A stretch of DNA of 64,000 nucleotides from a bacterium. Lineage in GTDB: Bacteria > Patescibacteriota > Saccharimonadia > Saccharimonadales > DATKHC01. The position numbers and the translations under genes are program-made. Below are positions 19,929 through 28,820 of the stretch, piece after piece. The notes under the pieces were generated by a model, which was given only the letters and a program-made list of their open reading frames with translations, was not told the origin of the DNA and searched no databases. Within the stretch, counting starts at the first letter, position 1; each line of letters opens with the position of its first letter. The stretch lies in assembly GCA_021781215.1 (NCBI GenBank), contig JAJXXC010000002.1, positions 83,371 to 147,370 on the forward strand, written 5' to 3'.

Positions 19929-20987
19929 ATGAATGTTTTAGGAATAGAATCTAGCTGTGACGAGACTGCAGCCTCAATAGTGTCCGATGGAAAAACTATG
20001 CTATCGAATGTGGTAGCTAGTAGTTTAGAGCTTCATCGTTATTATGGGGGTGTAGTTCCGGAAATTGCCGCTAGAAGCCATATTCAATCAATAATTCCTG
20101 TGATTGAAGAATCTTTAACTCAGTCAGCACTAGGCTGGGATGATATTGATGCTATAGCAGTAACTCATGGCGCAGGATTAGGTGGTAGTCTACTGGTCGG
20201 AGTAACCACCGCTAAAACCCTAGCCATCACTAAAAATAAGCCATTATACGCCGTAAACCATGTTGCGGGACACGTTTATGCGAATTTCATAACCAACACT
20301 ACGCTCAACAACTATTACCTTCCGGATAATCAGCCAGAATTTCCGTTATTAGCGCTAATCGTCAGTGGTGGTCATAGTCAATTAGTCTATTTCAAAAATC
20401 ACTTTAAGTATAAATTACTCGGTCAAACTCGAGATGATGCCATAGGAGAAGCCTTTGATAAGGTAGCACGAATTATTGGCCTTCCCTACCCTGGCGGACC
20501 GAGTATTGCTGACGCAGCTTTGTCAGGGAATCCCAATCAATTTACCCTACCTAAAGCTAAGATGGCAAAATACGACTTTAGTTTTTCTGGATTAAAAACT
20601 GCGGTTCTAAGGCTATCGCAAGAATTAATTGGTGAAGATTATCACTTCCCTAGTTTTAAGCTTGCAGAACGGCTTAATTCAACTCAGAAAGCCAATATTG
20701 CCGCTAGCTTTCAACGCGTAGCTATTGAGTCCGTAGTAGATAAGGCCTTAATTGCCTATAACGAATACAAACCAAAGACATTTGTAATAGCTGGTGGTGT
20801 AGCAAGTAATTTAGAACTGAGGCGACAGATAAAGGATCGTTTCTCAATTAACGTCAGCTATACTGATCCGAAGTTATGTACTGATAACGGAGCAATGATT
20901 GCCTGTATTGGATACTACCAGGCTAAATTTGGCATCGATCTCGCCGACCCCTATTCATTAGCCATTCAACCTAACTTAGTAATGTAG
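19929..20987 (+). CDS. tsaD: tRNA N6-adenosine threonylcarbamoyltransferase
   Basis: VLGIESSCDETAASIV, SGGHSQL and GGVASN motifs. Confidence 0.93.
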   Translation: MNVLGIESSCDETAASIVSDGKTMLSNVVASSLELHRYYGGVVPEIAARSHIQSIIPVIEESLTQSALGWDDIDAIAVTHGAGLGGSLLVGVTTAKTLAITKNKPLYAVNHVAGHVYANFITNTTLNNYYLPDNQPEFPLLALIVSGGHSQLVYFKNHFKYKLLGQTRDDAIGEAFDKVARIIGLPYPGGPSIADAALSGNPNQFTLPKAKMAKYDFSFSGLKTAVLRLSQELIGEDYHFPSFKLAERLNSTQKANIAASFQRVAIESVVDKALIAYNEYKPKTFVIAGGVASNLELRRQIKDRFSINVSYTDPKLCTDNGAMIACIGYYQAKFGIDLADPYSLAIQPNLVM

Positions 20988-21055
20988 CTTGCTCATTCAC
21001 GTGAACAAATTAACTCCTTAGAAAACTATTAAAAAGGCATAAAGCATGTTATCGT

Positions 21056-21061
21056 TAAGAT
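21056..21061 (+). promoter_or_regulatory. -10-like hexamer TAAGAT, 6 nt from ATG 21068
   Basis: The sequence reads cgtTAAGATagatttATG with no SD. Confidence 0.35.
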
Positions 21062-21067
21062 AGATTT

Positions 21068-23617
21068 ATGAATTTAGACAAGAACTATGACCCAGTAAAA
21101 TACGAGCCAAAAATCTATCAGAATTGGATAGATGGTGGTGCATTCAAATCGACCAATAAATCATCCGAATATTTCAGTATTGTATTACCACCACCTAACG
21201 CGAATGCGAGCTTGCATTTAGGCCATAACTTAACAGTTGCAGTTGAAGATATATCGGCTAGATACAACCGAATGCAGGGAAGAGACACTGTATTTATTCC
21301 AGGCGCAGATCATGCTGGATTTGAAACTTGGGTTGTTTATGAATCGAAATTAAATAAAGAAGGGAAGACCAGATTCGACTTCACTAACAAACAGTTATAT
21401 GACCAGGTATGGGACTTTGTTGCTAGTAATCAGCAGACTATGCTCAATCAGTTAAAAAAAATGGGGATATCAGCAGACTGGGATAGATTTACTTATACTC
21501 TTGATCAAAAAGTAGTTAACCAAGTTCATAATACCTTTAAAAAAATGTGGCAAGATGGGCTAGTCTACAGGGGTGAAAGATTAGTAAACTATTGCACGTT
21601 TCACGGAACATCATTCAGTGATATTGAGGTAGTTTATGAAAACCAAGCAGGTAAGCTATGGTACTTAAAATATCCGCTCAAAGATAGCCAGGATTTTATA
21701 GTTGTTGCCACCACGAGACCAGAAACAATACTTGGTGATACTGCAGTTGCCGTTAATCCTAAGGATAAAAAATATCTTAGCCTAATCGGTAAAACAGTGG
21801 TTCTACCGATTACTAATCGTGAAATTCCGATATTATCAGATCCAATGGTCGAATCTGACTTCGGTACTGGTGCGGTAAAAATAACTCCTGCCCACGACAT
21901 TAATGATTACGATTTAGCCGAAAGACATAATTTACCAATGATAAGCGTAATTAATAAACAGGGAATAATGGATGGCGATATACCGGTGCAATACCTTGGA
22001 CTATCTGTAAGCGAAGCTAGAGAAAAAATTATCAACGATTTAGAGAAACTAAACTTAGTAGAAAAAATCGAGGATTACTCTAACAGAGTTGGTTATTGCT
22101 ATAAGTGTCACACGGTTATTCAACCACTGTTAAGTAAACAATGGTTTGTAAAAATGAAGCCGTTGGCAGACGCTGCAATTAATCAACTAGAGCAATCAAG
22201 GATTAATTTTTATCCTTCCTCTAAACTTAATCAATCAATAGAGTACTTAAAAAATATCCGTGACTGGAATATTAGTCGACAAATTGCGTGGGGAATACCA
22301 ATTCCAGCATTTCAGAATAAATTAGACGAAAATGACTGGATTTTCGACGAGAGAGTTAATCAGGATGAGCTTACAATTAATGGAAAAACATATCTGCGAG
22401 ATCAGGACGTATTTGATACTTGGTTTTCTAGCGGGCAATGGCCATACACACTACTAGACTATCCAGACGGTGAGTCTTTCAAAAAATTCTATCCACTAAG
22501 CTTAATGGAAACTGGCGGTGAAATCCTATACCAATGGGTGTGTAGGATGATTATTTTAGGCATTTATATAACTGGTGAAATACCGTTTAAAAATGTTTAT
22601 ATTCACGGCTACGTCTTAGCCGATGATGGATCCAAAATGAGTAAGTCGGTAGGGAATGTCGTGGACCCTATACCCTTAATTGATAAATATGGTTCAGATG
22701 CAGTAAGAATCGGTTTAATTATCGGTCGAACTGCGGGCGTTAATCGAGGCTTTGATATCCGAAAAATTGAAGAGGGAAGAAACTTTGCTAATAAATTATG
22801 GAACATTGCTAGGTTTATCAAATCTAAAACTGATGAAACTTTTAGCTACGACGATAATCCTAACCCTACTTCGCCTCAAGATAGATGGGTATTGTCTAAA
22901 TTAGGGGAGATCTCGAAAACTGTATCTGAATTGCTGGAAAATTACCGTTATTCCGAAGCCTTTGATGCAATTTATAGTTTTACTTGGAATGATTTCGCCG
23001 ATTGGTATATTGAAAGCTCAAAAACACAATTAAATGTTTCTGTATTAAGCTACTGTTTTAGCAATATCTTAAGGATAGTTCATCCATTCGCTCCTTTTAT
23101 TAGTGAGGCAATATGGGGGAACTTAAATTGGCAGAAAGGTGAGTTTCTAGCAACGAGTAGTTGGCCTGAATTTAAATTCTCTGAAGTAGCAGACAATGAT
23201 TTTCAAACAATTATTAACCTAACAACCGAGATAAGATTCGTTAAGGCTACTCTTGGTGCTGAAACTAAATTAAACCTAGAGTCCAATAATCCACTGATAA
23301 ATAAACAGCTCGATACGTTAACTAGCCTATCAAAGCTAAGCACAGCCAAAGAAGGAGCAGGGGGGAGTGGCCTTAAATTACACTCAGCCGATAATGTCTG
23401 GATAAACCTATCTGCATCGGAAATAAAGAATTTTATTAATAGCCTCAAAAAACAGAAACAGGACCAATTGGCTACGATTAGAAATCTCGAAGCACGACTA
23501 CAAAATAAATCTTATCTTGAAAAAGCACCAGCCCATCTTGTAGTTGAAACCAAGAATGATCTAGCTACGCATAAATTTAATCTAGAAGAGCTAGATAAGC
23601 AGCTGGATAGTTTTTAG
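21068..23617 (+). CDS. valS: valine--tRNA ligase
   Basis: PPPNANASLHLGHNL (HIGH), KMSKSVGN, an editing-domain insertion and a C-terminal coiled coil. The length is 849 aa. Confidence 0.95.
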   Translation: MNLDKNYDPVKYEPKIYQNWIDGGAFKSTNKSSEYFSIVLPPPNANASLHLGHNLTVAVEDISARYNRMQGRDTVFIPGADHAGFETWVVYESKLNKEGKTRFDFTNKQLYDQVWDFVASNQQTMLNQLKKMGISADWDRFTYTLDQKVVNQVHNTFKKMWQDGLVYRGERLVNYCTFHGTSFSDIEVVYENQAGKLWYLKYPLKDSQDFIVVATTRPETILGDTAVAVNPKDKKYLSLIGKTVVLPITNREIPILSDPMVESDFGTGAVKITPAHDINDYDLAERHNLPMISVINKQGIMDGDIPVQYLGLSVSEAREKIINDLEKLNLVEKIEDYSNRVGYCYKCHTVIQPLLSKQWFVKMKPLADAAINQLEQSRINFYPSSKLNQSIEYLKNIRDWNISRQIAWGIPIPAFQNKLDENDWIFDERVNQDELTINGKTYLRDQDVFDTWFSSGQWPYTLLDYPDGESFKKFYPLSLMETGGEILYQWVCRMIILGIYITGEIPFKNVYIHGYVLADDGSKMSKSVGNVVDPIPLIDKYGSDAVRIGLIIGRTAGVNRGFDIRKIEEGRNFANKLWNIARFIKSKTDETFSYDDNPNPTSPQDRWVLSKLGEISKTVSELLENYRYSEAFDAIYSFTWNDFADWYIESSKTQLNVSVLSYCFSNILRIVHPFAPFISEAIWGNLNWQKGEFLATSSWPEFKFSEVADNDFQTIINLTTEIRFVKATLGAETKLNLESNNPLINKQLDTLTSLSKLSTAKEGAGGSGLKLHSADNVWINLSASEIKNFINSLKKQKQDQLATIRNLEARLQNKSYLEKAPAHLVVETKNDLATHKFNLEELDKQLDSF

Positions 23618-23618
23618 T

Positions 23619-24464
23619 TTAATTAATTTCGAGGGCAGTCTTAATCCGCTGAATACTGTCTTCGGGGTCAGTGTCATTAAACCAAATAACATGCCATCCC
23701 ATCTTATCGGCAGCAGCAAGATTACTTCTTGAATCATCAATTAACAAAATCTCACCAGATTCTGCATCCGACTTCTGTTCTGCTTGTTGAAAAATCTGTA
23801 GCTCCGGCTTTAGTGACATCACGACAGATGAATCGATAATTGAGTCATAAATGATTTTTGGAATAAGCTCCCTAGACATTAGTTCGTCTATAAAACCTGG
23901 CATTATATCGCTAATAAGGCCTATTCTATAGTTAGCAGCTATCTGATTAACTAATCCATACATTCCTGGCATAGCTTCGACCGAACTCATGTAATAATCT
24001 TGAAAATTAATTTTTTCAATCTTAAGATCACCGGACAATTTTTCATTAAACTCATCGAGAGAGATTTTGCCTCTACATACGTCATCATTATAATGCCAAA
24101 AAACGGTTTCAACATCTTCAGAGCTTATTGAAAATTGATGTGCTATCTTTGTAAATGCTCGATGATAAAAACGAACGAGACATCCATTTATATCAAGATA
24201 AACAAATTTAATTCCAGATTTCGAAGTTTTCTTACCGGCCATCGATTTGCTACCAGCCACGTTTTCTAGTATTTCGCTCAACTCCAATCCAAGAGTATTA
24301 GCAATTTTTTGGATCGTAAAAATAGATGGAGCCTTGATTGCTCCACGTTCAATCTTAGCCAAAGTTGAATAGCTAAGATTAGCCCTTTGGCATAGTTGTT
24401 GCTGTGTTAAACCTTTAGATAGTCTAGCTAACTGCAGGGCCTTCCCTAAACCCACCTCATTCAT
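23619..24464 (-). CDS. XRE-family HTH domain fused to a HAD-like hydrolase domain
   Basis: N-terminus: LARLSKGLTQQQLCQRANLSYSTLAKIERG (HTH_3). C-terminus: YLDINGCLV (motif I reads D-x-N), GLISD and LIDDS (HAD motifs II and IV). Confidence 0.75.
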   Translation of the reverse strand: MNEVGLGKALQLARLSKGLTQQQLCQRANLSYSTLAKIERGAIKAPSIFTIQKIANTLGLELSEILENVAGSKSMAGKKTSKSGIKFVYLDINGCLVRFYHRAFTKIAHQFSISSEDVETVFWHYNDDVCRGKISLDEFNEKLSGDLKIEKINFQDYYMSSVEAMPGMYGLVNQIAANYRIGLISDIMPGFIDELMSRELIPKIIYDSIIDSSVVMSLKPELQIFQQAEQKSDAESGEILLIDDSRSNLAAADKMGWHVIWFNDTDPEDSIQRIKTALEIN

Positions 24465-24517
24465 AGCATTATAATACTATCTCTGGGCATTAATTAAAAG
24501 CTGATAGTACTTAAAAG

Positions 24518-24697
24518 CTAGCCTTTTTTAATTATGCTCCGTAGGATTAGATATAAAAGCATTGCAAGAAGTAAACCAATTATAATTGCACCAATTAAGG
24601 CATTCTTTTTATTATTGCCGGTGGTCCTTAGTAATTTGTTATATGTCCAGCCGCCCGATCCAATACCAAATAATAAAGCGATTACAAGATTACTCAT
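24518..24697 (-). CDS. 59-aa two-TM small membrane protein (below the ORF-track size cutoff)
   Basis: Own translation: MSNLVIALLFGIGSGGWTYNKLLRTTGNNKKNALIGAIIIGLLLAMLLYLILRSIIKKG. It is preceded by an extended -10 (TGgTATAAT) 8 nt from the ATG. It competes with the less plausible plus-strand track ORF 24534..24758. Confidence 0.5.
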   Translation of the reverse strand: MSNLVIALLFGIGSGGWTYNKLLRTTGNNKKNALIGAIIIGLLLAMLLYLILRSIIKKG

Positions 24698-24705
24698 CTC
24701 AGTAA

Positions 24706-24714
24706 ATTATACCA
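24706..24714 (-). promoter_or_regulatory. extended -10 TGgTATAAT (minus strand), 8 nt from ATG 24697
   Basis: The plus-strand attatacca reverse-complements to TGGTATAAT. It lies in the 18-nt gap after the HIT gene stop. Confidence 0.45.
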
Positions 24715-24715
24715 A

Positions 24716-25108
24716 TCAGAAGGCTAATCTACTAGCCATATTAGATAGTTTTTGGTGATTGACTGGGACTGATTCATCGGCCGCTTGTCTGTACTCATCT
24801 ACGGTATTAAATGCGATTACATGCACGTGGCAATGGGGAACATCAACACCTATAACCTGAAGCCCAATTCTTTTAGTCTGTAATACTTTTTTCATTCTTT
24901 TGGCTACTTTTTTTACGGTTAGCATGAGCGCTTGATAATTTTTATCATCTAAATCAAAAAACTGATCTACTTGAACTTTTGGGATTACTAATACATGACC
25001 GACTGCAATTGGATAGAGGGGAATAATAGCTATCGTGAGCTCGTCTTCGTAGACCTTATGGCAGGGAAGTTCGTGTTTTATAATTTTAGTAAATATGCTG
25101 TCTTCCAT
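24716..25108 (-). CDS. HIT-family (histidine triad) nucleotide hydrolase
   Basis: CIFCKI-like FTKIIKHELPCHKVYEDE and the triad HCHVHVI. I prefer the ATG at 25108 (MEDSIF) to the track start at 25153. Confidence 0.85.
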   Translation of the reverse strand: MEDSIFTKIIKHELPCHKVYEDELTIAIIPLYPIAVGHVLVIPKVQVDQFFDLDDKNYQALMLTVKKVAKRMKKVLQTKRIGLQVIGVDVPHCHVHVIAFNTVDEYRQAADESVPVNHQKLSNMASRLAF

Positions 25109-25361
25109 AAGCTCTTTTAATTTTAATACTCTAGATGATATTAACCAATTCAATAATTATGAGCAGATAAATGTATTTCAAGCATTCAATCTACTAGCAT
25201 TATATAGGCCGTTAAATCATTCTTAGTCGTCAAAAAGGGGAACTGGCATAAATTTAATTAAATTGCATTGAGGGGCCTGTATTTATGTCAAAACTGCCAT
25301 AAATTACAACAAGGTCGGTGCCTGTACTAAAACAGCCGCAGAACTCTTAGGTCTGGAATTC

Positions 25362-25757
25362 CTAGCGAATATTAACTTCAAGTCCCGGCTCTAATAATAT
25401 ACATTCCTCTGCGAGTAGACGACGATGACATTGATCGGGCTGATTCTCAACACATAGAACAGTTACTACTCCATTTTTTGCTAAGTCTATGAGCGCAGCA
25501 ATTTTTGCCATAGCCAGAGGCAGTCTTAAATATTCTCTATATCCTTCTTCGAATTCAGGCCAAGTCATTCCTCTTTTGCGATAAGCCCCGATAAGTATTG
25601 GCGGGGGAGAAAGCTCCGGCCACCATTCATCATAAAGTTCTGGTAATATCTCTGGGTCAAGGGTAATACCATCATTCATTGTATGGCGACTCATAATAGA
25701 AATGCGTTTACCATCTATTGATTGTGGCCATGATTTAATCGACTTGGTATTTAGCAT
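25362..25757 (-). CDS. DUF488 (YeaO-like) family protein
   Basis: WPEFEEGYREYL...VTVLCVENQPDQCHRRLLAE resembles the DUF488 C-terminal signature. The start is uncertain. Confidence 0.55.
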   Translation of the reverse strand: MLNTKSIKSWPQSIDGKRISIMSRHTMNDGITLDPEILPELYDEWWPELSPPPILIGAYRKRGMTWPEFEEGYREYLRLPLAMAKIAALIDLAKNGVVTVLCVENQPDQCHRRLLAEECILLEPGLEVNIR

Positions 25758-25787
25758 AAAACACGCATTGATTTCTTGTGAATTATT

Positions 25788-25880
<93 letters not shown>

Positions 25881-25920
25881 GTCTACTAAGATATTTTAAC
25901 CTAAATAAATATAATTTAGA

Positions 25921-26151
25921 CTAGATAACTTTTCTTGCACCGTAGAACCAAGCTAGTACTGCAAAGCTCAAAGCTAAAATTATGCTGGCAATACCATGTT
26001 CAATATATTTATGAGTTGATGCAACAGCGTAACCCGGTAGATGGTGATATAGCGACCCTGCTGGGGTTGTAATGTAGTAGACGCCTAGTATTAAGGAGGC
26101 TACTGCTATAGCAATAAATACTGCTAATAAGATTTTTTTCATTATAACCAT
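25921..26151 (-). CDS. 76-aa two-TM membrane protein
   Basis: The hydrophobic ORF joins the upstream gene through a TAATG overlap, so it is probably the last gene of the murD operon. Confidence 0.55.
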   Translation of the reverse strand: MVIMKKILLAVFIAIAVASLILGVYYITTPAGSLYHHLPGYAVASTHKYIEHGIASIILALSFAVLAWFYGARKVI

Positions 26152-27437
26152 TATATTTTAATCTTTTTAATTAGCAATTTAGACATTTCTTCAGGCATAT
26201 CATCTGCTCCAAGTAGTTGATAATCATAGTCGACCGGTAAATCAAATTGATACTTATCGAGTTGAGGATAAATGTTCTGAGCTAACCTCATAGCAGACCT
26301 AGACTCTTTGATTTCACCGACACAGTCAAGTGGCTTATCTCCTGAAATACCTATTATTTGTCTATACAGTTGGTCCATGCTCGTATCTAATATCAGGTTT
26401 TTGTGCCAAAGTTTTTCAAGTTTCTTTCGTTTAACAAATGGGGTAAAAGCTAAGAAAATAAATGCACATTTTGGACATTTTCCGCACCAATAGATTGATT
26501 CGCTTTGATGGGTGTAGGCATTATTGCAAGAACTAAAAACTGACTTATATTTATTAAAATATCTTGTGGCGAAAAGTTCAGATATATATATTTCGCTTAG
26601 TGGTCGTAGGAAAGAATAGTAGCGTATAGAATCTCCATAATTTGCCCCTAGGTAAGACTGCAGTAGTCTTTCGAACTCTGAACTCTTTGAATACTGATGA
26701 TTAACTTCTATCCCGTCATACTCTAGCGTTGCTTCGTTTGCCGAACGCTCGTTTGACATAACTACATCTTTTCTGCCAGTTAAAATTGCTACAACAACGC
26801 CAACTAGACCAAATATAGCCGATATTGGTACGTGTCCATTGTAGGCGTCCTCTTGATTAAGTTTAATTAATTGTCGGTCCCACTGTCGTTCGACAAAAAA
26901 ATGTTTAGATTTCATTTTCTTAACCAAGGGTTCTAATTGTTTTCGATGGTCTAGGCTCCACGTAGCCAAGTCATGACCTGAATCCTTTAAAAATTCGTAA
27001 GATACCAGCGAGTCCTTGCCACCACCAATACTAAGAAGGAGACCTGAACTCTGAAATTCTAATTTTGGTTTAACTTCTAGGTCATTTTTAGGAAAATTTA
27101 TATCGCTACGAGGATTTAGGTGATTGACGTAGAAAAATTCACCAAGTCCTTTTTGATAAGTTGACTTAAAAAAATTGTAATCATTAACTGATAATTTCTG
27201 ACCATTAATAATAATTTTCGGGGCCATATAGGCCTTAAAATACGAAATTCCAGACATAATAAATAGCGAATAGATAGCTCTGTCCAATACTTGCTTATCA
27301 AAAGTCACGAAATCAAAATCAAATTTATAGGTTTCACAAAAATTAAGAATTCCGTCATAACTATAATAAAGCCTTAAGTTTTTGGAATCAGCATCAAAAT
27401 TATAGCTCTCGAAAATAAAATTATTGTATTTGATCAT
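26151..27437 (-). CDS. PP-loop (adenine nucleotide alpha-hydrolase-like) protein with a CxxCxxC motif; candidate MurL-type UDP-MurNAc-L-Ala-L-Glu epimerase
   Basis: LLSIGGGKDSLVSYEF resembles the SGGxDS PP-loop, and WCGKCPKCAFIF resembles a QueC-like zinc site. An ATGA overlap joins it to murD. The functional call is inference. Confidence 0.45.
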   Translation of the reverse strand: MIKYNNFIFESYNFDADSKNLRLYYSYDGILNFCETYKFDFDFVTFDKQVLDRAIYSLFIMSGISYFKAYMAPKIIINGQKLSVNDYNFFKSTYQKGLGEFFYVNHLNPRSDINFPKNDLEVKPKLEFQSSGLLLSIGGGKDSLVSYEFLKDSGHDLATWSLDHRKQLEPLVKKMKSKHFFVERQWDRQLIKLNQEDAYNGHVPISAIFGLVGVVVAILTGRKDVVMSNERSANEATLEYDGIEVNHQYSKSSEFERLLQSYLGANYGDSIRYYSFLRPLSEIYISELFATRYFNKYKSVFSSCNNAYTHQSESIYWCGKCPKCAFIFLAFTPFVKRKKLEKLWHKNLILDTSMDQLYRQIIGISGDKPLDCVGEIKESRSAMRLAQNIYPQLDKYQFDLPVDYDYQLLGADDMPEEMSKLLIKKIKI

Positions 27438-28744
27438 AGATTATTGACTGCTTCTTCAAAAGCCTTGCCTCTCTCTTCAAAATTCTTGAACATATCAAAG
27501 CTAGCAAAACCCGGGGATAAAAGCACAGCATCTCCTTCGCTAGCATAATTAGTAGCCAATTCAACAACCTCGGTCATATTTTTAGCGTTCGTTATCTCAT
27601 AATTAGCGTAATTTTGGCCATCCAACTCTTTAGCTAAACGAGCGGCGCTAGCACCAATCAAAATTAGTTTCTTAACTAATCCATTTTTATCCTCACTGAT
27701 TATAGATTCAGACAAGGACTTCAAATCTAGATTTCTATCAAAACCACCAACAATTAATACCTTCGGCTTAGTTATGGCCTTCATTCCAGCAATAGCTGCA
27801 TCGGGCGCTGAAGCAAAGGAATCATTGTAATACCTGATTCCGTTTTTCTCTCTTATAAATTCAAGCCTATTTTTCAAGCCAGTAAAATTCTTAATAACCC
27901 TAGCAATAGCATCTTTACTTTTCGAAATCTGCCAAATACATGTCACGGCTGCGCATATATTCTCTAGATTATGCCTTCCCAATAATCCAACTTCACTAAC
28001 GGCACAGATAATTTGATCTTCGATAACTATATGTTGATTTTGAATAATCGCACCAGGGGTCTCTAGATATGGTACCCGATTGGCTAAACTAGTCTCTGCC
28101 AAAGACTTCGATTTATCATTTAGGGCATGGTAGATTACGATGTCATTTTCCGTCTGATGCTTAACAATATTTCGCTTTGAGTCTATATAACTCTCGATTT
28201 GTCCATGCCAATCAAGATGATCCTGGGTAATCATAAGACAAACTGCAATATGGGGAGAATAGTTACAATCAGATAACTGAAAACTAGACATCTCTAAAAC
28301 AATAAAATCATCCGCGCTAACTCTACCGAGTAAATTTAACGCCGGGATGCCAATATTACCAGCTAAATAAGACTTCTTACCGATCTCAATCAACATTTTA
28401 TGAATTAAAGTTGAGGTAGTACCTTTGCCCTTGGTACCGGTTACACCAATAATATTCTTAGTAGGTGACATTTGGAAAAAAATGTTTGTCCCACTGGTAA
28501 TCTTAGACTTATCAATTCCGGTATTATTATCAAAGATTAACGCTGGGTTTAGTCCGGGAGACCTAACAATTAGATCAAATTTGTCTAAATTTGTTAGATA
28601 ATCTTGGCCTAGCTGATAATTAATGCCAGAAACTTTCTCTAAGTCCGGGTTCTGATCACATATGGTTATCGAGTTTTCGGACTGATTAAAATAATTTAGA
28701 GTAGCGACGCCCTCTAGACCATATCCTAAAATTGCAATTTTCAT
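27434..28744 (-). CDS. murD: UDP-N-acetylmuramoyl-L-alanine--glutamate ligase (MurD-type)
   Basis: IGVTGTKGKGTTSTLI P-loop, an N-terminal Rossmann segment (KIAILGYGLEG) and 436 aa. Confidence 0.85.
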   Translation of the reverse strand: MKIAILGYGLEGVATLNYFNQSENSITICDQNPDLEKVSGINYQLGQDYLTNLDKFDLIVRSPGLNPALIFDNNTGIDKSKITSGTNIFFQMSPTKNIIGVTGTKGKGTTSTLIHKMLIEIGKKSYLAGNIGIPALNLLGRVSADDFIVLEMSSFQLSDCNYSPHIAVCLMITQDHLDWHGQIESYIDSKRNIVKHQTENDIVIYHALNDKSKSLAETSLANRVPYLETPGAIIQNQHIVIEDQIICAVSEVGLLGRHNLENICAAVTCIWQISKSKDAIARVIKNFTGLKNRLEFIREKNGIRYYNDSFASAPDAAIAGMKAITKPKVLIVGGFDRNLDLKSLSESIISEDKNGLVKKLILIGASAARLAKELDGQNYANYEITNAKNMTEVVELATNYASEGDAVLLSPGFASFDMFKNFEERGKAFEEAVNNL

Positions 28745-28752
28745 TACTTTTT

Positions 28753-28761
28753 ATTATATCA
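28753..28761 (-). promoter_or_regulatory. extended -10 TGaTATAAT (minus strand), 8 nt from murD ATG 28744
   Basis: The plus-strand attatatca reverse-complements to TGATATAAT. Confidence 0.5.
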
Positions 28762-28802
28762 ATTAAATATAGGTAAATAACTTAAAAATACTATTCGTGC
28801 AA

Positions 28803-28811
28803 TGCTATAAT
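28803..28811 (+). promoter_or_regulatory. extended -10 TGcTATAAT, 9 nt from ATG 28821
   Basis: The sequence reads aaTGcTATAATaattcaccaATG. It sits inside the GTG-initiated extension of the track ORF, which argues for the start at 28821. Confidence 0.55.
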
Positions 28812-28820
28812 AATTCACCA

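Noticed and set aside
24534-24758. Plus-strand 74-aa track ORF.
   Set aside because: It overlaps the 3' end of the HIT gene and has no start context. The minus-strand 59-aa membrane ORF with an extended -10 explains the region better.
25154-25361. The 208-bp spacer between the HIT and DUF488 genes, considered as a possible ncRNA or decayed gene.
   Set aside because: I found no convincing stem-loops, conserved motif or ORF by eye. There is not enough evidence to report it as a feature.
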